This document shows positions 1-7,700 of a stretch of 20,540 bases of DNA, piece by piece. The position numbers and the translations under genes were made by a program. The notes beneath the pieces were generated by a model. The model was not told where the DNA came from. It was given only the letters and a program-made list of their open reading frames with translations, and did not search any database. Source of the DNA: Candidatus Iainarchaeum sp. (GTDB taxonomy: Archaea; Iainarchaeota; Iainarchaeia; Iainarchaeales; Iainarchaeaceae); the NCBI GenBank assembly GCA_043812975.1, contig JBDRLP010000005.1:1-20540 (forward strand). Reading direction: 5' to 3'. How positions within the stretch are numbered: the stretch's first letter is position 1; each line of letters starts with the position of its first letter.

Positions 1-3000
1 CAACTGCTCCTTCTATTTTATCTTTGGCTTTTTTACTTGCATCTTCCAAATCCCCTTGTGCATCATCAAGATCATCAGCTTTGGACACAACATTTGATGC
101 GTCTGTAACTTCCTTTTCACCTGCCTTCACAGCTTCTTCTGCCTGTCTTTCTGAATTAGTTAATGACTCTCCGGTTTCTTTTGATATTTGACTGGCTGAT
201 GCTTTTACTGTGTCTAATGCTGGTTTTACTCCTAATAATCCTAATGCTGCTACGCCGAGTCCTGTGCTTTCTATGTCAAACCAGTTGCTCTCTGCTTGGT
301 TGGAAGCAGTTTTCCAGTCACACGCACTTGCATCTACAGTAATAGTTTCACTCAAAAACCTGTTTGTTAATGTAGCCGTATCTTTGGTTCCAATCTCGAT
401 TAAATCGAAATTATATCTGCTTAGTGTAAATGGTTCTTCGCTGTTAGTGTAACTTCCGGCTTCATTAAACAAATTTGGAATGTAACCTCCTCCGATATTG
501 TAAGGATTGATATAAGTAGAGTCATCTATTATTGGATCGAGTGTTATTAGAACTTCTCCTATTCTTTTCCAGGAGCCTCCTTCTGGCCTTACTTCTACTT
601 TTATTCCGTAAATTCCGGGGATGTTTTCTCTTACAACGGTTATTTCCTGAATTGCGTTTCCTGGTTTTAATGTGAAGTTACGAGGGTTAACAGTAATCCC
701 GCCTTCGGTTGAGCCTCCTTTGCAGCCTGTGTCTTCGTGGCATAATCTTACATCAACACGAAGGTTTCCGCATGCATTTGAATTAAGAGTAAATATTTCA
801 GCAGTCCCTTGTCCCAGTTCGAGTATTTGTTCTCCGCCAAAACCATAATCTGATTTGATGCATTCTTCTAAATGAACTATTAGTATTTCTGAGTCGATTG
901 AATTATTAGCTTCAATAAATTGCCAGCTTAAATCAGTTTGTAGTTGTCCGTCAATATTAACCGTGAATTTTGCTTTTTTGCCAAGTGTGTTTGGTTTTGA
1001 AACAAAGCTAAGTTTTCCAATGTAAGTTACTTCTGGTTCTACGTTTGAAATTAAATTGCTCCATAATCCTGGTTGTAATAATTCGCTTACTGATTCTCCT
1101 GTTGCAGGATTCATCAGGGTTAGTTCTACATTTCCGATTATGCTTTCTTCTTCCCAGTCTATTGTTGAAACAAGCCTGTCAATGTTCAATAGTTCCCCGT
1201 TATTGTTTACACAATTGTTTGTAAGTTCAAATTCAATAGTTGATTGTCCTGTTATGGTTGAGTCTTCCCATTTGTTTATTGAAAGGACTAAACATGAATT
1301 ATTTTCAGGAAGTGCTCCCAAGTTAATTTCTGTTTTTGTTGGTATTTCATAAACCCATGAAGTTCCTGCATCAAAATTTGATTTAAACTCGATAACAATT
1401 GAACCTTCAACCACTTGCGGTTCTTCCAAGAAATTGGCTTCTTCTCCGAATACAGAAAGGTATTCTATTCCTGAACTTTTCTGGCCTTCAATGGTTGTTC
1501 CTACAAAACCTGCTAAGAAATTATCCATTCTTGCTTCATTAAGAAGCCCAAAAAAGGAACCCGAAGCCCTCAGCTTGTTAATGTAAATCATTTCCCCTAT
1601 TAAATTTTCAATGCTGATAAAAGTAACATCCTGTTCTTTTGTATTTCTTGTTAGAGAATGGATTATTTCTTTAGGATTAAATTTCGCGATTTCGCTACTT
1701 ATTTTTATTTCGATTGTTTTTGGATTCAAACCTGGTTTTTCTGCTTTTATAGAAATCTTGGTTCCGAGAGAAGAAGCAGGAATGCTTATTTCAGCAATAC
1801 CTTCTCCGTTTGTTGTTCCTGTGAATGTTTGTTCGCTTTGATCTGGGGCGATTTTTTTAACAACAATTAAAGCGTCTTGAATACCGAAACCTTCTAGTTC
1901 TCCGGTTGCCTGAGTAACAATAATTTTAAGATTTGTAGGAACAAAAGCATCTATTTCTTTTGGGTCAGTAGTTATATCCATTTCTTCATTTCCTGCTGTG
2001 TTGAATAATACGTGGTTGTTCATTATTTTGTTCTGGTTGGAAATAATTTCAAATTCAAGCGAAGCAGGAATATTGCTTTTAGGTTCGATGCTTAACAAGC
2101 CTGAAATTGTTTTGTTAAACCTGAAATCCCCAAGATTTAAAGATTCAATTTCGAAAGTTGGTGTTTCGGAATTAACTTTTTTAGAATCAGCGTCTGTGAA
2201 TGAATAAGAATTAATTATCAAATCCTCACTAACTGTTGCTCCGTCTTGGGTGCTTTTGATGCTTAACTCAGCATTATCATGAATTCCTTCTGTGTTGTTT
2301 GTAATACTGAATTCTAAAGTGTATGGTGAGAAGCTTTTGAGGTTGTAAGGTTCCTGTTCATAAATGCCGGTTGTTTCATTTAGTAATCTGTGTCCAAAAC
2401 AAAAGTTTTCAGAGCAAATAGAATCAATTCCCTCGAATAATGGTTTTTCATAAGACTCGGCGTATAATGCTGTTTTTTCATTTGTTTCTTCTGCTTCTCC
2501 GAGTTCTGTATCCAAAGGATCTCTCAAATATTTTGAACCTTTTATTCCCCAGGTTCTGTAATAAACAGGCAAAAAGGTTCTGGAAGTTATTTCTTTAGTT
2601 GTTTCAAATTCAATTGTTATTTTGTATTTTCCTTCTTTTGGTTCTTTCCAAACAGCAGTAACCCATTTTGCATTGCCATTAGTAATTATCGTGTTTCCAT
2701 TTTTGGGCTTGTAATCTTTTCCTTTTATGCTTTTAGCCCCAGGAGCATTAACTTTAGTTATGTAGATGTTGTCTTGTTCTATGTGTTCTTTTTCGCCTGT
2801 TCTGAAAAATACTCCGACTTCATCAAAATTCTTCGGAACTGTTAACAATAATCTTGCTTCGTATTTTTTTCCAGGTGCTACTTCTGAAACCCATACGCCA
2901 GCGTCGTTGTAAATTCCGTCAAGTTCTATGGTTGGTTTGTTTCCGCGTATTTCATCCTCAAGGAGTACATTGAAGAAAATAAATTTGTCCTTAATAATCT

Positions 3001-4681
3001 GCTGTGCTGTTGTTGTATAACCTAAGTAACCTTCTTTGCTTATAACTGCGTAAACTTTTTTGTCTGCTTTCACGTTTTCCAAAAAACCCGTTCCTTCAGA
3101 ATCAAGTGAAATGATTCCCAGGCTTTTTCCGTAATCAGTGAACAATTCTGCTTCGGCGAAACTTATTCTCTTGCCAAATGAATCTTCTGCAGTAATACTG
3201 ATGGTTCCTGTTCCGATTTCAAGGACGACTTCTGCAAAGTTTTCTTTTAATGGTTCAACAGTTATTTCGGAAGATGTTCCTTCTGCGGGGTACTTTTGAA
3301 CTAAAATTTTGTAAGCTTTTTCTGGGTCTAAATTCAAAAACGGGTCTGTGTTTCCATTATAATCTGTTATTTTTGAGCCATAACTTGTTTGGATAAATCC
3401 ATCTGCGTCAAGAATCATTACTTTAGCGTTTTCAGCAACCAAACCTTCGTCATCAATAACTCTGACTACTAATGCTCCGCAGTTTGTTGGGGTGCATTTT
3501 TCTAAATCGATTTTAAAATTTTGTTCTGAGGCTTTAGGATAATCATCTGTATCAAAACTCCCTGAATCTGCAGGTCGATAATTTTCTTTTGAAACAATGT
3601 ATGTGTAGATTCCTCTTTCCATTAAGGCAAAGCTGGCTTTTCCACTTGAATCTGTTTCCTGTTCTCCAACAATAAAGCCATCAGGATTATACACTGCAAC
3701 TTTAGCGCCCTGAACAGGAATCCTGTCTCTTTTGTCAGTTATTTCAATAGTTGCTGTTAATTGCAAATCTTTTGTAATCAAAATATCTTTGCGGGTTCTT
3801 TGGTTTGGATTAATTCCGATAGTAATGCTTTTGCTTCCGTACTCAAGTTCAGGGTCCTCTGTAATAGCTGTATAATTTCCAATTTCAACATTCTCAAAGC
3901 TTATTTCTCCGAAAGAAGTATATCCTTGAAACCCTGTTACCAATCCTGATTCATCAACAAGTTTTACGCTTATGCCGTCCAAAAATCTGTTGTTTTGACC
4001 GTCTTTTACTGTTATTTCCACACTGCCGCTTGGGATTTTTATGGTTTGGAGCTCTATTAGTTGTTCTTTCCCAAGTATGCTGCCCCTTGAAGTTTCAAGT
4101 CCTGATCCATTAATAGTGTATGTAATTGCGTTGCATCCATTCGGTGGTTCTACTGTTAGTTCTCCGGAATTTGTTGTATATTCACTTAAATCAAAGATTC
4201 CGCTTCCTGTGCATCCAAGTGTGATTCCTAATTCTTTTCCAACCAATTTTTTATTATCGGTTCCGACAAAAGTAATTGTAACATATTTAGAATCAAACAA
4301 AGGCTTTGATAGTTTCAGGTTGATAATAAGTTCTTTAGTAACTGTAACTTTTCTTGTTTTTTCCTCATACCCCTCTTTTGAAGCAGTTATTTCTATTTCT
4401 TTATCAAGTTCAGCATCAAAAGAGGCTCTTCCATTTTTGTCAGTCTTTAGTTTCAGAATACTGTCCAGTCCGCTTATTTCTAAATCTGCTGCCTTTAATG
4501 GAATCCCTGATTGGGTAGAAACCTCAATAGTAACAAGAGTAGTGTTGCTTTCTCCTGAATCTAAAAATAAAAATGCAATTCCTATAATTACAAGAATTAT
4601 TATTCCGACAATTACTCCTTTGATAAGAACACGCTGATTAATACCTTCCGGTTCTTCGGTGTAATCTTCTTCATATGTCAT
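1..4681 (-). CDS. Giant membrane-anchored surface protein, gene C (3'-partial, at least 1560 aa); close paralog of gene B
   Basis: Manually translated. ATG at 4681-4679 gives MTYEEDYTEEPEGINQRVLIKGVIVGIIILVIIGIAFLFLDSGESNTTLVTIEVS..., with a TM segment at about aa 22-40. The same frame reads ...LTNRFLSETITVDASACDWK...GLGVAALGLLGVKPALD...KIEGAV at the left edge. It is colinear with gene B at in-frame offsets of 7743 and 7737 nt. The ORF track lists no terminated minus-strand ORF here, consistent with an open frame leaving the window. Confidence 0.95.
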   Translation of the reverse strand, partial: MTYEEDYTEEPEGINQRVLIKGVIVGIIILVIIGIAFLFLDSGESNTTLVTIEVSTQSGIPLKAADLEISGLDSILKLKTDKNGRASFDAELDKEIEITASKEGYEEKTRKVTVTKELIINLKLSKPLFDSKYVTITFVGTDNKKLVGKELGITLGCTGSGIFDLSEYTTNSGELTVEPPNGCNAITYTINGSGLETSRGSILGKEQLIELQTIKIPSGSVEITVKDGQNNRFLDGISVKLVDESGLVTGFQGYTSFGEISFENVEIGNYTAITEDPELEYGSKSITIGINPNQRTRKDILITKDLQLTATIEITDKRDRIPVQGAKVAVYNPDGFIVGEQETDSSGKASFALMERGIYTYIVSKENYRPADSGSFDTDDYPKASEQNFKIDLEKCTPTNCGALVVRVIDDEGLVAENAKVMILDADGFIQTSYGSKITDYNGNTDPFLNLDPEKAYKILVQKYPAEGTSSEITVEPLKENFAEVVLEIGTGTISITAEDSFGKRISFAEAELFTDYGKSLGIISLDSEGTGFLENVKADKKVYAVISKEGYLGYTTTAQQIIKDKFIFFNVLLEDEIRGNKPTIELDGIYNDAGVWVSEVAPGKKYEARLLLTVPKNFDEVGVFFRTGEKEHIEQDNIYITKVNAPGAKSIKGKDYKPKNGNTIITNGNAKWVTAVWKEPKEGKYKITIEFETTKEITSRTFLPVYYRTWGIKGSKYLRDPLDTELGEAEETNEKTALYAESYEKPLFEGIDSICSENFCFGHRLLNETTGIYEQEPYNLKSFSPYTLEFSITNNTEGIHDNAELSIKSTQDGATVSEDLIINSYSFTDADSKKVNSETPTFEIESLNLGDFRFNKTISGLLSIEPKSNIPASLEFEIISNQNKIMNNHVLFNTAGNEEMDITTDPKEIDAFVPTNLKIIVTQATGELEGFGIQDALIVVKKIAPDQSEQTFTGTTNGEGIAEISIPASSLGTKISIKAEKPGLNPKTIEIKISSEIAKFNPKEIIHSLTRNTKEQDVTFISIENLIGEMIYINKLRASGSFFGLLNEARMDNFLAGFVGTTIEGQKSSGIEYLSVFGEEANFLEEPQVVEGSIVIEFKSNFDAGTSWVYEIPTKTEINLGALPENNSCLVLSINKWEDSTITGQSTIEFELTNNCVNNNGELLNIDRLVSTIDWEEESIIGNVELTLMNPATGESVSELLQPGLWSNLISNVEPEVTYIGKLSFVSKPNTLGKKAKFTVNIDGQLQTDLSWQFIEANNSIDSEILIVHLEECIKSDYGFGGEQILELGQGTAEIFTLNSNACGNLRVDVRLCHEDTGCKGGSTEGGITVNPRNFTLKPGNAIQEITVVRENIPGIYGIKVEVRPEGGSWKRIGEVLITLDPIIDDSTYINPYNIGGGYIPNLFNEAGSYTNSEEPFTLSRYNFDLIEIGTKDTATLTNRFLSETITVDASACDWKTASNQAESNWFDIESTGLGVAALGLLGVKPALDTVKASASQISKETGESLTNSERQAEEAVKAGEKEVTDASNVVSKADDLDDAQGDLEDASKKAKDKIEGAV
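330..4590. repeat. Copy 1 of a ~4.3 kb high-identity direct repeat (gene C stalk region)
   Basis: Aligns by eye with ~8067-12330. In a sample block, 3841-4027 versus 11584-11770, I counted 14 mismatches in 187 nt. Shadow ORF pairs also recur at an exact 7743-nt offset (1998/9741 and 3761/11504). Confidence 0.95.
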
Positions 4682-4682
4682 T

Positions 4683-4689
4683 AAAAAAA
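4683..4689 (-). terminator. Possible oligo-T archaeal terminator for gene B
   Basis: A T7 tract on the minus strand ~60 nt after the gene B stop, immediately before the gene C ATG. It could equally be part of the gene C leader. Confidence 0.2.
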
Positions 4690-4714
4690 GCCCAAATACT
4701 AAGAGTTTTAGCTA

Positions 4715-4728
4715 TTAATAAATATTGC
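4715..4728 (-). promoter_or_regulatory. Putative archaeal TATA box (TTTATTAA) upstream of gene C
   Basis: The minus strand reads GCAATATTTATTAATAGC. TTTATTAA at 4722-4715 ends ~34 nt before the ATG. The BRE is poor and the region is AT-rich, so support is weak. Confidence 0.4.
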
Positions 4729-4750
4729 TTAATCCTGTAAACTTATTTCT

Positions 4751-7700
4751 TTATCCAATGCAAGTACTTCCTGCTTCAAGATTATTTGTCATATCAGAAA
4801 TGTTTCTCTGAGATCCTTGTGAGTCATAAATAACTTTAGGGTTCCACCAAAACTTTGTGGAATTGCTGCTATTAGTAACACAAACCATTCCCGCATCAAC
4901 CAAATCAAATATCTCACTAATTGAACCAATAGAACCAGCAGTGCCTCCAATGTTGCTGTTATAAGGCATTGAGGAAACTCCGTCTAAGCGAACCTTGCTT
5001 CCTGATTCGTCTGCGGAATAAAACTTTAATCCATCAGGACTCTTAACCGAACTGAGTATTGTTTCTTTAAGCGGGTCAGAATAATAAATTGTCCTCAGAT
5101 AAGTATTTCCTGTAATATTTGCATTAGGCCAGTCAACTGCATATTTGTTTTCCCAGTCTAATAAATCATCTTTCCCGACAGTAGCTCTGTCTGGTTTTTC
5201 GTAAAAACTCTGAGCTGCGGGTTCTCCTGTAAAATCATAACAGTTTCCTGCTCCGTCCCAGAAAGTTGAACTTGTTCCAATGTTAAGAGGAACATCATTT
5301 TCAATTATTTCATAGACCGCACTGAAAGGTTCATCAGTTTTATTATTTTGACCTACTTCCATTATTACAGGTGTTGCATGTGCAGGCTGGAAGTTAATAT
5401 TTTTTCTTATTCCTGTCGGATTATTAATTTCAAGAATCATTCCTCTTGTGCTTGGAGAAGCATTCAAAGAATAAAGATCTCTGCTAATTTTTACACTTGC
5501 ATTTGCAACAGGGTTGCTTCCTTCTCCTGGATAACTTATTGCCGGGGTTGTAGAATTATCAATATTCAGTAATTCTCCGTCATTTTCATATACTGTTCCG
5601 TAACCCTGCCTGTCATAAATTTCACCGTCTTCAATTCCTACGAGTCCGTCAAACGGAACCCTGTATAATGCATTATCAATCTTTGGTTCATCAATAAGGC
5701 TTAGCTCTATTTTTATGTCAGCAAGTAAATTATCGTTTGAGTCAAAGAAACCCCATCCCTCATCAAAATCTATTTTTATGTGTGCTCTGTATTTTCCAGG
5801 AGAGGATAATTTTACTGCAGTTTCATCATATCTCTTGTAGAACTTTATTTTTCCCTGCCTGTAATATTCATCTATGCCGTAAGTTTCACCGGAATTTTTC
5901 AGTCTTAACCTGTTAAAGAATTCCGGAGCCTGGAAAAATTTCTTAGTATTATTAAAGTTTTCAAAGTCACTTAACATATCTTCGCTATATCCATCCTGTA
6001 TCAAATAGGTGTTGAAAGTTATCAAATCCATTAAATCTTGTCTGTTGTTTATTCCGTATTCAGGAAGCCACCTGATTCTTGAGAGATTCTCTTCCACATA
6101 GAAATCCAAAGCAGGTCTGCCTTCAATTAATGTTGTTGTTCTCGGCATCCAGCATTCAAGACTTGGGGCAGGGGCTTCATAGAAACCGAGATTAGCTAAT
6201 TCCGCGGTAAGTTCATCCAATATTACTTGCGCAGGGTTTACAGGGCATGATAAAATATCATGGTTTACTTCTATGAATTCTCTTAATGCGTTTATTTTGT
6301 AGTTTGTTTCCATGTTAAACTGAACAGCGTCACAGTAAACATAGTCAGGATTACTTTCATCACAAATATATTCTTTGAAATCTGCCCAATCCCAGTTAAG
6401 TTTTATTCTAGGTTTCATTTCAGGTCCTGTGTAACCAATTCTGTTTCCAACATCGCAGGATTGTGCATCAAATTCAGTATTAGTTAGTTGTCTTTGTTCT
6501 TCTCCGGTTTTGAACCTTAAATGGAATTTTTGGTTAATGGATTGAGTCGAGCTGTCCGGAACATTAAATTGCCCAAAGAATGCTAGTCCTCCCATAACTT
6601 TTGTTGGATCAGCATGAATGTGTTTTGTTGCTTTGAAATTAACTGTAGAATAAACATATTTTTCTTCTTCTTCAAGAGCAGTATTTTCAAATATTATTCC
6701 TGCTGTTTGCTGAGCAAACTGGCCAATCGATTTCATGTCTTCAGTATTCCAGTTGGCTTTCAAACCAGGGTGGCCTGAATCTATTGGCATAGAATCTTCT
6801 GATAAATTAATTACCCAATCCTGCAAGTCCTCTGTAACTGTGTTATCGCGCATATTTCCTCCTTCTTCATCATCATCGTCATCATCTCCAAATAACCCTC
6901 CTGCAAGTCCCCCTCCAAGGAACCCAAGACCCATATACGAACCAAGTACTCCACCAAAGGTTCCCCACTTGAAACCGTTTGCTGCTTCAGTTGCTGCTGC
7001 TGCAGAATCTAAATTATCGCATTTAGCAATTGCCCCAGTATCTTCATCATTAATAGAATTAACAGCGTTTGTACCTTGGTCAGTTGTCGCATTTGCAGTA
7101 TCTCCTGCAGTACCTGCTGCAGTTCCCACAGTTCTATTTAATTTCTCTGTCTCTTCTGTCTTTTTCGCAACTTCAGCCACTTCTGTTGTCTCAACTCCTT
7201 CTACAGCTCCTTCAGCACTACCTTGTGCAGCGGCGCATGCTGCCTCTCCATAAACAGTATCTGATGATGAAGATGCAATTGCGGTTTTTGTAAGAACAGT
7301 TTTTGTTTTTGTTTCTGCTTGTTTTTTACCAACATTTTTAAGACTCTCTCCGACTTTGCTAATAAGTTTCGGTAATCCTCCGGTAAGGATATTCGCAAGA
7401 TTACTAACAGTACTAATTCCTTTATTCCCTTGTTCTGTTGCAGTACCAAGCGATCCTTTGGCATCTTCACCGCATCCCAGCTTTCCTCCGCCAGTTGGTG
7501 CTGCCTGCTGTGCTGATGTATCAACTGAAGTTGCTGAAGCGGAAAGTTGTTCACTTCCTTCTTTTGCAGTCTGAACTCCATTATCAGTCTCTTCGACAAC
7601 AGCATCCACCTCTTCAGTAGCATCACCTGTAGCATCACTCAAAGTATCGGATGCAGTTGCTGCTGCACTAGCAGTAGAGTTTGCATTTGAATTATCACAT

